A DNA stretch of 64,000 bases from Octopus bimaculoides. Taxonomy: Eukaryota. The notes beneath the pieces are model-generated. The model was not told the DNA's origin, made no database searches, and saw nothing but the letters and a program-made list of their open reading frames with translations. The stretch spans positions 19,434,554 through 19,498,553 of the forward strand of contig NC_068998.1 in assembly GCF_001194135.2 (NCBI RefSeq), given 5' to 3'. Shown one piece after another: positions 48,179-60,393 of the stretch. The translations under genes and the position numbers were made by a program. Each line of letters starts with the position of its first letter. Position 1 is the stretch's first letter.

Positions 48179-48344
48179 CTGCAAAGTGGGAGAAGAAAAA
48201 TGTATATATAAAATTGTCCATTTTATATACAAAGTATGACTTGTTTTCAGAGAATACAAGGTTAATTTTTAGAAGGGTAGGTCAATGTTGTTTAAACTGG
48301 CCCCAGTGGACTGCTTGGTATTATTTTCAATATTTACATCTACA

Positions 48345-48560
48345 AGGGTGATGAGCTGGCAGAATTGTTAGCAAGCCAGGCAAAATGCCTCGTGGCATTT
48401 CGTCTGTCTTTATATTCTGAGTTCAAATTCTACCAAAGTCCATTTTCCTTTCTTCCTTTTGCAGTTGATAAAAACAGTACCATTTGAGCACTGGGGTCAA
48501 TGTACTCAATTTAACCCTTCCCTCCAAATTGCTGGCCTTGTGTCAAAATTTGAAACCAAT
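48345..48560 (+). mobile_element. SINE family 2
   Basis: Full domain order present. Confidence 0.78.
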
Positions 48561-49413
48561 TTTTATATCTACACCACAGTTTAATTGTTAGATGCTTTAT
48601 TCCTGGATATATACATAATGCCAGACTAGATTCAAAGTAGGAGGCTTTATTTTTAAACTATCCCCTACCCTGCTGACTTGTGAATGAGTTTTAAAATATT
48701 TCTAGTTTTAATTCAGTCTGGTACTATGTACATAATGAATGATAAGACACCAGATGACAATCAGGGATCAGATCAATCAAAATGAAGCTTAGATAATAAA
48801 TATTTATACATAACACAGTATGTATTAGAAAACCTGAAATAAATCTAAAGTAGTTAACCTACAGTTTTGAGCTGTGGAACATAAAAAAAATATGAACACA
48901 TCTTGTTACCCTCTTCATACACAGAAATATAAAGATTGTCCTGATGTGATAAAGGTGCATGGCCTAGTGGTTAGGATGTTGCACTCATGATCGGAAGATT
49001 ACGGTTTCAAATCTTGGTCCAGGAATTGAAACCACAATCTCACAGTCATTGTGTTCCTCAGTAAAATGCATTATTTCAAGTAGCTCCAACTCTTTTAGCT
49101 GTAAATGAACTACCCTGACATCCTGTTCAGGGGGGAGTGCTATGTCAGTCATTTATACACCTTGGATACCATATAAACCAGCTCTATCAGCCTTAGGACT
49201 CAAAACAATACATCAGTGATATGTTACATTGTTACCTGGCTCATTGACCACTTATCAGAGGACAAGTGCTCACTGAATTCTTCTGCCCATAGTGTATACA
49301 TAAACAATGTAAAAAGTTTTCATTTTTAAGAGTAGTTAGTTGCTTAAAAAACTATAATGTTATTCTCATCAGCTTAACTCACATATTTGAACACTAGATG
49401 TACAATAAAGGCT

Positions 49414-49641
49414 TTAACCCTCAAGCATTCAGATTATTCTATCAAATGCAATGTTTATTCATTCACATTGGTTTGAATTCATCTTGCATTATCTTGTAAC
49501 TTCAAGATTTCAAAGATGTGACTGTTTAGTTTCAGAATGACATTGCAGGGTAGGTGTGAGAGGACAGATCCAGTCAGCTTGAACATAAAACAGATAGAAT
49601 ATTTGGGTCAGAAAAGGCTGGTTTAAATGTGAAAGGGTTAA
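49414..49641 (+). mobile_element. piggyBac-type MITE family A
   Basis: TTAACCC...GGGTTAA. Confidence 0.85.
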
Positions 49642-50181
49642 ACAGATTAGTTTTCAGCTGTCATAAAATTTTGAATGACTAACTTCACAGCGTATTTTCT
49701 TAGGGCATTCACTAAAAAAAATGCTTTAACCAGAGAGAGCCTTACAAACCATAATTGTAGAATGATATATAAACATGTCTGTAATTTCATTTTCTTACAT
49801 ATCAACTCCTAAACTTTTAGAGTAACGTAAGAATTCTAACAGTCCTGTGTAGGAATTAATAATATTTTCAAGTGCAGTTATACTGGCACATCAAAAGATC
49901 ATATTAAACTTTGAATTAACTGTTAATATATTCCTTAAAAGCTCAGTTAATAATCAATTTAATCATTAATAATGTTAATTAGAAATTAGTAATATTTATT
50001 AACAAGAAATAAAGGACATAATATCACTCGGATAAAGTTCCCCACCCCACTCTCATTCACGAAGTGATGGTGTAACTATATGAGTGTAAGACTGGATATA
50101 TTTTGCAAATGGCTTCCTTATTGATGAAATTTTAGGTTTTGACAAGGAAAGGACAAAGCTTCTTAGCACAAATTATAAGTT

Positions 50182-50406
50182 TTAACCCTTTCAATACAAA
50201 ACTGCCCAAGACTGCCCATGGATCTAAGATACAAACTTTCTATTTTAAATTAACCTAAATTAAATCTTTCTTCAGAAATTTCATATTAATTTATGTTCCA
50301 AACACCGTTTAATAATGATAAAGTTATTTTACTAAATTCTTCATTATTGCCAAAATTATAACAAAGGCAGTGTATTTTAACAGGAATTTGTAAACAAAAG
50401 GGTTAA
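50182..50406. mobile_element. piggyBac-type MITE family B
   Basis: TTAACCCTTT...AAAGGGTTAA with a different body; partial copies at about 28722-28930 and 46400-46543. Confidence 0.78.
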
Positions 50407-50476
50407 ATATAAAAAGGTAAATAAATAAACACAATTAAAAACAAATGTATGTGTATTCATGACAGTAAAATCTTAC

Positions 50477-50771
50477 TCTTGGCAACAGGCTTCTTTTCAG
50501 GTTCTTTTTTAGCTTCTTTTGCCTTTTTATCAGTTTGAGAAACAAGAGATTGCGAAGCTGCAGCTGATTTTTCTGAAATCACAGATTGTGAAATCCCAGG
50601 AGATTTTTCTACAGAGTCACTGGGTTCTGGTGGTGCTAGTTGTTGAGCAAATTGCATGAGGTCAATTATTGCAGTTTGGTCAAGTAGTAGTTCTAGCATG
50701 GAGAAAGAGACTGATATTGATTGTTCAGTGTTCTTGTATACTATTTTGAAGTCAGGAGCATCAAGGTTAGC
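50477..50771 (-). CDS. VPS13: VPS13 exon 11 (ANLDAPDFKIVYKNTEQSISVSFSMLELLLDQTAIIDLMQFAQQL...KKPVAK)
   Basis: 295 nt, phase 0 to 1. Confidence 0.92.
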
Positions 50772-51015
50772 CTGTAAAATAAATAATTGCTTACAATGCT
50801 CAAAGGAAACAAAATAAAAAGGAGTTTGAATTTAACTTTTTTAATATCTTTTATAAAGGTTTTCTTTTAGGTATTTTCTAAAATTGGATTAATATTTTGA
50901 GAATCTGAAACAATTTCAGTTCAGTTTACAAAATATTTCAAATAACAGATCTCAAGACACACACACACACACACACATACTCAGATGCATGCAGAGACAT
51001 TGTATAAAGTCATAC

Positions 51016-51104
51016 CTTAAGATACTCTAATATTAACAACTTGCTCTCTGTATCATCAGAGCTTGGAGTGTGAATTAGATTGACAACTTTTCCATTTGGA
51101 TCAG
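51016..51104 (-). CDS. VPS13: VPS13 exon 10 (DPNGKVVNLIHTPSSDDTESKLLILEYLK)
   Basis: 89 nt, phase 1 to 0, polypyrimidine acceptor. Confidence 0.9.
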
Positions 51105-51464
51105 CTGAAAAAAAAAAAAAGTAACTATTTAATAGGATAAAATAAACAGAAATGGTCAATGAACAAGAATTAATACAAATTCCATGCCAGCATGGAAGGT
51201 GGACGTTAAATGATGATGATGATGATGATGTGCTTCTGAAATCCAACAACCTTGGGACTTGGCCATTGTCAGACCACGGAAAAGTAACTGAAAGCAGAAA
51301 TTAACACTGAAGAGAAGTTCCTACGTAAACTTAGTTTTGCCATCTCATTTCATCTATATATATATATATATATATGTGGAGAATGGAGAAACAAACACAA
51401 GAAGAAGCAAGTCAGCTGGGCTAGTTAGCCATTGATTTAATTATGTGGAGATTATATAATGAGT

Positions 51465-51516
51465 CATTTATGAACGTTTCGATGTGCCAAATGGTTTGGC
51501 AGATCTCTTCAGAATG
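51465..51516 (-). ncRNA. Candidate minimal type I hammerhead ribozyme on the VPS13 sense strand
   Basis: CAUU-CUGAAGA-GAUCUGCCAAA(CCA)UUUGGCACAUC-GAAA-CG-UU-CAU-A-AAUG; one stem III mismatch consistent with CpG decay. Confidence 0.55.
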
Positions 51517-51666
51517 TTGAGGAGTATGTTAGAGTTCATGGTGTAAGAGATGCAGGAGAAACAGTTAAGACGATACCCACACAAGTAATTTCCAGGAGTG
51601 CCTTCGGATTTAAATATCCCCTGGTTGCTTAGATACTTCAGACTACCCTTGAAATATTGAAGCAAT

Positions 51667-51710
<44 letters not shown>

Positions 51711-52199
51711 TATATATATATGAGTGAGTGAACAAACAAAAGAAGGACACTCAACATGTTTATTGGGAGTTACATTATTGGGATCAGAACAGTTTGATTC
51801 AAATTCGTTGGTACTCTGAGAGTTTCAAGTGTAATGCTAATCTTCAGCCATTTTGAATTTGAGTGAAAGTAGTTGATTGTTATTACCATAAGGCAGGCTG
51901 CAATTGGTCGAGGAAGGTCACGTGGTGTTGTGGTTTGATGTTAGTATAACCATATATCAGTGATGACAGTTAGTTCGAAAACACTGCATTGTGAACAGCA
52001 AATCAACCACATAGTGGACAGGAAATCGACTGCGTGGCGGAGAAGAAATTGGTCAGGTTGTTGGAGGGGAGGTAGGAAGGGGCGGTTTGTGCAAGTATAT
52101 AGTTGTATATGTGGGTGTGTGGATGCTCTCATAAGATTTTGTGTGCATGTTTGTATTGATATGAGCATGCACATCTGTACATGGGCATGCACTTTGTGA

Positions 52200-52388
52200 A
52201 AAGTAATTATTTTTATTGTTTTGAATTAATCATGCATTATATTGTAGTTTTTGAGATTTTGATGAGGTAACTTAATTTTTAGAATGATACTGTAAGGCTG
52301 ATGTGAGAGGCCCGATCTGCCCAGTTTGACTATAATACAGGTGGAATATTTTGACAGGATATGGCCAGATTAAATCGTAAAGGGTTAA
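52200..52388 (+). mobile_element. piggyBac-type MITE family A, 3' portion
   Basis: Consensus body ending AAAGGGTTAA. Confidence 0.7.
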
Positions 52389-52689
52389 TGATGTCATTGC
52401 GAACACAGAATTGGAATGAGATATCTTGTTATGTTGGTCACGGGTTGGAAAATCCATCCTGCTAGTACTAAATGATTGATTTGAATAACATAAACAATAG
52501 ATATGTGGTGGCTAGTTTGACAGAGAGATGGGAAATATCAACCCACTAGAGCAATTGATAGCACTGATGTACAGCAAGTACTGAATAAAGAGTTCAAATT
52601 TCATCACTGGGGCTATTGCACTTTTTCCCGACCTGAAATTGCTTATTATAGCCAATGTCATTCAGATTAAAGCCTCAGTAGTTATAACA

Positions 52690-52945
52690 GCTAATCCTAA
52701 AACCAAGGTGCTTTGTAAAAAGCACTGGTGTTGGTCCCATGTAAAAAGCATTGGTGATGGTGCCATGTAAAAAAGGACCCAGTACACTGTGTAAAGTGGA
52801 TGGTATTAGGAAGGGCATCTGGCTGTAGAAACCAAACCAAAACAGACTATGAAACCAGGTGCAACCCCTGGCTTTGCCAGTTACTGTCAAGTCATTCAAC
52901 TCATACCAGCATGGAAACTAGACATTAAATGTCGATGATGATGAT
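52690..52945 (+). mobile_element. RTE LINE 3' end fragment
   Basis: 3' UTR consensus and (GAT)n tail. Confidence 0.7.
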
Positions 52946-53308
52946 TTAAAAGACTACTTCTTTATAAATCTGAAGCAGTAAGTCATTGTTAGAAATCATG
53001 CTGATATACATGTGTTCTTCAGGCAACTGGATCTGAGTTTTTACTTTAAGGTTCAAAAAATAAATTAAATCACGTGTTTGCTTAAGAGCAACCCAAATGA
53101 TACTAGTCTACTGACAGAAAAGAATAGACAATACTAAGAATATGTAGTGACAACAACTAACTTATTCTGAAAAAATATATACCTGGCTTTTCCAAATTGA
53201 TAGAGAGAAGAAACAAGAGGAAAAAATTCTGAGATCTTGCATGATTTTCTATCCATAGATATGAAAAATTATGTATCTTACTTAAATAGAAAGAAGTTAA
53301 TTACTTAC

Positions 53309-53465
53309 AGGAGAAATCCTGATGCTGAAGGTAAATTCCACCTAGGTAAGCACCGACTGACATGTCAAATGTTCTCAGAACAACATTAGTACCAAGAGTT
53401 AAGACAAAGAAGTCTAGTAGAGGAAGTTCTTTGCCCTTTATTGTCTGTGCAATCTTTAGTCGGAC
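53309..53465 (-). CDS. VPS13: VPS13 exon 9 (VRLKIAQTIKGKELPLLDFFVLTLGTNVVLRTFDMSVGAYLGGIYLQHQDFS)
   Basis: 157 nt, phase 0 to 1, GTAAGT donor. Confidence 0.92.
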
Positions 53466-53561
53466 CTGATAGAAACAAAGACAATTTAAGTAAGTAAAAA
53501 AAAACCGTCATGATAATCTGTGGAAATAATGGATAGGCATTAAAGAGTTCAAGTTATTTAC

Positions 53562-53654
53562 CTCTTTGATTTCAAATTTCAGTTCCATATCAGTAAGGTT
53601 GATATAGTCTGCAGAGGATCTTGAAACCATAGACTTTTTAGTTTCTGGTTGTGA
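53562..53654 (-). CDS. VPS13: VPS13 exon 8 (SQPETKKSMVSRSSADYINLTDMELKFEIKE)
   Basis: 93 nt, phase 0 to 0. Confidence 0.88.
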
Positions 53655-53696
53655 CTAGACAAACATAAAACAAGAAGGGTTTTAGTTACATGTTAT

Positions 53697-54232
53697 TTAA
53701 CCTTATATTATTCAGATTATTATGTCAAATGTAATGTTTGTTTATTCACATTCTTTTTGATTAATCATGCATTATTTTGTAGCTTCAAAATGTTAATGAT
53801 GTGGCTGTTTATTTTTAGAATGACATTACAGGGTAGGTATGACAGACCAGATCTGGTTGCTTTAAAAATAAAACAAGCAGAATATTTCATCACCTGGCAC
53901 AAGGTCACTGCCTCCAATAGCCCCTCCCCTCTCAAAGGATCTTTGTCTTGCAAGTTACTTTGGTAACTCTGCCATTGCTGGTGTCACTAAGAAGACATGA
54001 AGTCCACACTGAAGGGTATCCAGCTGTAAAAACCATGCCAAAACTGACCTCACCTGTGCTGGTGCCACATAAAAAGCACTCAGTCCACATCCAGCCAAAA
54101 CAGACACTGAAGCCTGGTGCAGTCTTCTGCCTAGCCAGCTCCTGTCAAACTATCCCAACCCATACTAGCACGGAAAGCAGATGTTGAATGATGATGATGA
54201 TGATATGACTGGTTTAAATGCTAAAGGGTTAA
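53697..54232 (+). mobile_element. piggyBac-type MITE family A interrupted by an RTE 3' fragment (about 53889-54205)
   Basis: TTAA ends; halves rejoin across the insert. Confidence 0.8.
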
Positions 54233-54784
54233 AGAAATAAGTCAATCTATTGACAATATCTTCTTCAATATTTATTGTGAACAACCAGCTACAAGCTGTT
54301 GTGGTTGTTGCAATAGAAATTCTGTTACAATTCAAGTTGAATTAGCAGAAAGTCTTCAATTTGAATTGAATAACGATTTAAAACTGCTGAGGGAGAACTT
54401 GGTTATAAAGACTGTGCCTTGGGCAAGTTTGGTAGAGTAGTTTGCTTTCCCTTTAGAAGATGGATCCACACTGTAAGTGCTGTTCCAATGGAACCAGGTT
54501 ACAAGCTCAAACTCTGCTACAACCGTTAAGATGTTTGTAGGCAAAGCTTACCAAGTTACATTTCATAAATATGACAGTAGTAAGGACATCCAACAGTAAA
54601 AACTGGTTTCTCCAACAGTAAAAACATAAGCTCAGCCCTTACTCATATATACAGAATTCCCAAAAACTAAGCTCCTAGTATAGTTAAAATGATGAAGGGA
54701 AAATAAAGTGAAAAAAAAATTCTTTTCTTTCAATATCATATAGGATACTAATGTTTAAAATGCAAGTTTTAATACTGTACACAT

Positions 54785-54930
54785 GGACTTCAAATTCCAC
54801 TGAGGTCAACTTTGCCTATCATCCTTTTGGGGTTGGTGAAATAAGTACCAGTTAAACACTGGGGTTGATATAATCACCTTGCCCCCTCCCCTGAAATTGC
54901 TGGCCTTCAGTCAAAATTTGAAACTAATAT
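54785..54930 (+). mobile_element. SINE family 2, 5'-truncated
   Basis: Central and 3' parts present. Confidence 0.7.
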
Positions 54931-55123
54931 TGTACATATGAGTTTATAGTAAGATCCTTCAGTACAATAAATATATCATATATTACAGTCTTTTAAATGA
55001 TAATTTTTCACTCCATAAAGCTTCTAATATCCAATATCAATTTTAGGCTTTAAGAATTCTATTTTAAATTTCAAAACTCAAGAATATTACTGAGAATAAG
55101 AAATATAAATCCATATAACTCAC

Positions 55124-55177
55124 TTGTAAAGTTGCTGTCGAAATGTTTGCACTTGCAGATGGTAGTTGACTGGGGCC
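55124..55177 (-). CDS. VPS13: VPS13 exon 7 (GPSQLPSASANISTATLQ)
   Basis: 54 nt, phase 0 to 0, ttttcag/GTGAGT; low-complexity linker so homology support is weak. Confidence 0.78.
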
Positions 55178-56130
55178 CTGAAAATGGAGAAAAACACAAA
55201 AAATTGTTTTAATACCTTTAGTCACTAACTGTAGTCATTAGAAAGAAGGTACATTATTTCATTGTGATTTCTAGTTGTAACATTTAATATCATTCATGTA
55301 AAAAAAAAAGAAAAAAATGAAATACACACACATACACACATTGAAAAATATGGCAAAGAATGGCAGTTTTTCTTGTTGTTTCCTGCATCAGATGAAGGAA
55401 TCAATAACTGCAACAAGTGGCAAAGTACTGAACTGGAACAAACCCACACTAATATGTAAAAATAGATGTAAAATAATAACAATATACTGCTAATCTATCG
55501 TTTTTGTATAATTTTGAAAATTTATAACAATTCAATAATTTATTTTCTAAACTGACAAAGAGTATCTATTCAATTCAGTTTTATTCTGTTTTCAGTAAAA
55601 TAAAGCTAGAGATAAAGCAATTGTTTATAAGAATAAAAGTCAACAAAACCCAATCTTTTTCATTTCCTTTTTTTAATATGGATTTAAATCATTGCATCAA
55701 TTCTACTAAGTTCTCTGGTCTTCAGAGTGTGACCTCTCCTTTTTTGGTAAAGTCTTTTAGTGTAAGAACATCTATGTAACACAAGGAACTGTTATTTTCT
55801 AGTCTCAGGTTGGCTCTGATTGTGCAGGCTTATACTCAGACATTTCAAACCTGCCTATATATTTCTTCATTCAAATGTATTGCATCTAGGACTATTATAT
55901 TGTATGTTTTTCAAGACAACAGGGTGTGATTTGGCTGCTATTTCTGACAAGTCAAATGACTGCACAGAAGCTCTTTCATTGGTTCATAGTCACTAGGGTA
56001 TCTAATGTTATGGCAGCCATATTGGAGGTAGTCACTGAAGAAGGAATTTAAAAGTAAGCTGTTGTAGGCAGTAGTCGTCGTTTATAATCATTTCCATCAC
56101 TGTGTATTTTTTCCTCACCATATTACTCAC

Positions 56131-56266
56131 CTTAAAAATGTCTTCTTCTGGAGGTGGAGGTTCAGATTCAGGAAAAGGAATACTCTGAAGGAGTTGAAGA
56201 ATTGCTTGTAGTTTGTGGTCAGAGATACTCAGACTCAGTAATGGCAGCTCTCCAAAGGCTTTCATT
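56131..56266 (-). CDS. VPS13: VPS13 exon 6 (MKAFGELPLLSLSISDHKLQAILQLLQSIPFPESEPPPPEEDIFK)
   Basis: 136 nt, phase 2 to 0, GTGAGT donor. Confidence 0.94.
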
Positions 56267-56539
56267 CTAATCAAATAGATATGAATAATTAGTCATTTAT
56301 TCATAAAACTGGAAAGGGGAATGAAGATTTTGCTTCAGCTTGCTGTAATACTCGAACTTATTCCAAGATTGTAATTACATTATAGGAAGATTTTTTGGGG
56401 ATGGGGGAATTCAAACATATATGCTATCTTCCACCAAAAAAAAAAACCAAAAACAAAAACCAAAAAAAAACCATCAAAGATAATCAGAAAATTGCACAAG
56501 AAATTCCTTCTCTAAAAGAAGAATTGTTACTGAGCTATA

Positions 56540-56830
56540 GATACGCAACAAGACTTTCAATACAGTTCACAACTGAAAAGGAAAAGGACGATAGATAAAT
56601 TGGCCTTTTTGAATGTGCTGATAACACATTCAGAGTGTGGACTCATGATGTCTGTATATCACAAGTTCACATTTACCAGACAATACTTGAATTTTGATTC
56701 CCACCATCCATACAGCATTAAGGGATCACCTGTGGCTTACAGCATCAAGCATAACTCATAAGTGCTTCTCCAACATACACTAAAAAAGTGATGATCAAAA
56801 TAAAGAAAACCCTTCAGAGGAACAACTACT
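56540..56830 (+). mobile_element. Penelope-like element RT C-terminal remnant
   Basis: IQFTTEKE...YHKFTFTRQYLNFDSHHPYSIKG matches the PLE IQFT.E.E..YRK.T.T..YL...SHHP motif. Confidence 0.7.
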
Positions 56831-56877
56831 CTGCAAGTATAGCACCAGCTTCCAAAAACAGGAACATAAAGGTAGAG

Positions 56878-57200
56878 AATCATCATTTAACGTCCATCTT
56901 CCATGCATGCATGGGTAAAACGGTTGACAGGAGCTGGCCAGGTAGAAGACTACCCTAGGCTCTGTGTCTGTTTTGGCAGGGTTTTTACAGCTGGATACCC
57001 TTCCTAGCATCAACCACTCTGCAAAGTGGACTCAGTGCTTTTTACGTGGCACTAGCACAGGCAAAGTCAGTTTTGGCACGATTTTTACAGTTGGATGCCC
57101 TTCCAAACGCCAACCACTTTACAGTGTGCACTGGATGCTTTTTACACAGTACCAGCACCAACAAGGGTACCAAGTAACTTGCAAGACAAAGAATTTTGAG
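56878..57200 (-). mobile_element. RTE LINE 3' end fragment
   Basis: Same 3' UTR consensus, minus orientation. Confidence 0.7.
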
Positions 57201-57476
57201 AATGTTAATCAAAATCTGTCACAATCTGTCTACCTTTCATTAGAAGCATATCAGGAAAAGTTCCCAAGATCTGTTGATCATACAACATTTGGAAAGTATT
57301 CAAACGCTTTGGTGACATCTCTCCTTTTAGAAGAGACAATGTTCCATATTCCTTTCCCAGAGTGATGCAAAACTGATCAGGGGAGACAACCATAAAAATA
57401 AAACACCTTTAATTTTTATTTCAATAAATAAATAGATAAAAAGGTTAATTAGAATAAAGAAAATGTCTTCACTTAC

Positions 57477-57594
57477 TTAGCAAGTTGTACTTGATTATCA
57501 AACATGCATTTTTGAAATAGCAAGTTGATAGAAATAGGTTCCAAGATGTGCATTTTTGATTTTCCTTCTTTTCTGGCAGATTGCCAATCCTCTC
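57477..57594 (-). CDS. VPS13: VPS13 exon 5 (EDWQSARKEGKSKMHILEPISINLLFQKCMFDNQVQLA)
   Basis: 118 nt, phase 1 to 2, GTAAGT donor. Confidence 0.92.
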
Positions 57595-57749
57595 CTTTAT
57601 GATACAACAAAATAGAGAAAATAAATAACAGTTTATTTTTATAATGATAATTAAAAGAAATAATTGCAAACATAAGCATAAGGCCACACATTTTTGGAGT
57701 GGAAAGAGTTGATAATAATGGCCTTAGTATTTGAATGCACATCCATGAA

Positions 57750-58430
57750 AATTTTTGTGCCAGTAAGCTGCATCAGTTCCCAGCTGATATGCTGAGAGTA
57801 CAGACATGCAATGTGTGCTTATTGAATTTTCATTTTCATGCAACATGACTGACTGCATCGAGCAGAGACCATAAATTCATGTTTCATGACCAGTGATGAT
57901 AGTCTTCACAAAGTCTGTGTCATGGTTTGTATAGTCCAGCATGTCTTGAGTGATTTCCATGTGGAGTTTGCTTCCCCACTTTGGGGACAAATTTTACTCA
58001 CATTCTTTGCATGCACATATACTCTGTTAAAATGGATCCTGTGCTTATCTCCACTTCATGAGTAACTTCCTGGATTGTTACATGATGGTCTTCCATGACT
58101 ATTTGCCAAACCTTCTCAATCAGCTCCTCGTTTCAGCTTGCGGAAGCCTACTTGAGTGTACCTTGTTCCCCATTAGGTATAGCTCTGTTTGGAGCAGTTG
58201 TACTAATTCTTGACTTGAGTTTTGTCCCTGGCATCATCGCCAAAAGCTTGCTGAGTGTTCTGGATGGTTTGAGCTTGAGTATCACCAAGCTTTTGGTAAA
58301 ACTTGTAGCAATATCTCTGCTCAGTATGTTCGGTGAAAACAAAAATCTGCCGAGTGCACACTGCACTAGTACTCTAGGCATAACAGCCAGGAACTGACAT
58401 GGCCTACCAGTGCAAAAATTTTCCTGCATG
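57750..58430 (-). mobile_element. Mariner transposase N-terminal remnant
   Basis: Interrupted frame NEELIEKVWQIVMEDHHVTIQEVTHEVEIS..KFVPK. Confidence 0.6.
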
Positions 58431-58500
58431 TGCAAGGGTTTTACTCATGCACCATTGGTCTTGGCAGGAAAAGTAAAGTTGGATACTTTTTAAATACACC

Positions 58501-58559
<59 letters not shown>

Positions 58560-58712
58560 GTTTTTTAGTGATGAAAATTAATTGTATTCAAAATACACGG
58601 AGAAATTTGGCTTTAGATAGTAAATTTTACATGCTGCTATACTTCATATATGTATATAGACTAAAAACAAAAATGAAGGCTGGCAATACTGAATATAATG
58701 TAAAAGTTTTAC

Positions 58713-58797
58713 CTGGCTTAACAAGTAACATTTGAATATTGTCAAGTTGAATATTGAACTTGTCGTAGGCTGACTGGAGCAATTCTTCAACTGTTGA
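58713..58797 (-). CDS. VPS13: VPS13 exon 4 (STVEELLQSAYDKFNIQLDNIQMLLVKP)
   Basis: 85 nt, phase 0 to 1, AYDKF motif. Confidence 0.93.
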
Positions 58798-59250
58798 CTA
58801 GAAAATATAAAAAAAAGTTTTAAGAAGCTTAGATATTATTCTAGGCAAAAAGAAAAAAAGAATTGAGGATTTAGAGGTCTTGCCTCCTGGGTGTTCCTTT
58901 ATTCAATCTGTTCTTAGATCACATGAGTAAGATAGCCAAAAAATGTCTATGCATCTGCATAAGCTATTTTCCTTATCTGCCAACAAAGAGATCCCCCCCA
59001 CTAAACATGAAAATTAAATTTTGGGTGAAATTAATTAAAAAATTTTTAAAAAAAGTATTTTCCTTTTTCTTTGACAGTCCCTAAACTAGGTTTTTGTTTT
59101 CTTTCTCCAGCTAAGAGGTAAATTTCAGTTCACTGAGGATATTGTTTTTGGCATATATCATCCAGTACATCATCACCAACCTGAATTATCTAAATTCATG
59201 CCAATGGTCCACTTGAGTCATTTCTCTTAGCTAACTTTTTGTAAAAACTA

Positions 59251-60161
59251 CTAAGTGGTATCAAAAAGTTTCCGGACTAGCTATGTAGAGCACCAACAGA
59301 TGGCAGCACATGGTTGCATGCATAGTGAAAGTTAACAGTGTCTTTATAAGGCAGTGTGCCAAGTGACATCGTTGCTGTGTTTACTTTGCAAGTTGTGAAA
59401 TTTGTGCTTTTGTAATCATGTGTATGCTGTAGTCTGCGATTTTGTCATGGACAGGAACAAAGAGCCAATGTGAAATTTAGCGTTGAACTTGGGAAATCTG
59501 CTACAGGGACATCGAGCATGCTTTGGTAAGCCTATGGTGATGAGGAAATGGGTCATATGCAATGTTTTGAGTGGCACAGGCATTTCAAAAGTGGAAGAAT
59601 GTCCCTGGAAGATGATGAGCAATCTGGAAGATCTGACATGAGCATCATCTCTGGAAATGTGGTATTGTGCATTGAGAATTCATCCTCCAGGACCAGACCA
59701 TCAATCAAGAGTTCTACTGCGATATTTTGAAGCATTTGAAGGAGAACATTCATCAAAAGTAACCAGATCTGTGGAGCACGAAAAATTGGATTCTCCGTGA
59801 TAGCAATGCACCTTGTCACTGAGTTCTCCTCAGTTGTGAGTTTCTCACCAAAAGCAACATAGTATCGCCTCTGCACCTGTCCTATTCACCAGGTTTAGCA
59901 CCTGCGGACTTCCATCTCTTCCTCAAGATGAAAATGCAGCTCAAAGGTTGCTGATTTAACACCATTGTCAAGAATCACAAAAGGTCCTCGAATGCCTAAG
60001 GAAAACAACTTCCAGGCCAGATTCCAAAAGTAGCAGAAATGCTGGGACTGGTGTATTGCTGTGCAAGGAGACTATTTCGAAAGAGATAATATTAGAACTT
60101 AGGTAAATAAGTTATTTTTTGTAAAACATAACTAGTCTGAGAGCCTTTTGATCCCAATTTG
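59251..60161 (+). mobile_element. Internally deleted mariner transposon
   Basis: TIRs (GGTATCAAAAAGTTTCCGGACTAG / CTAGTCTGAGAGCCTTTTGATC); FEWHRHFKSGRMSLEDDEQSGRS; YSPGLAPADFHLF. Confidence 0.85.
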
Positions 60162-60362
60162 TATACAGTTGACCTGCCAATGTAAACAGTTACAGCTTTA
60201 GCAAACAACTTCTTTACAAATCAAAAGCTATATTATGAGCAAATTCAAAATATACTGTAGCTATGACAGCGTTGATATAGAATATTTGTGAGTGGTCACA
60301 GAAGACAAGTTAAGCACATGATTAATAGACCTAATTATTTGAAGTTATTCATAATTTGAATG

Positions 60363-60393
<31 letters not shown>

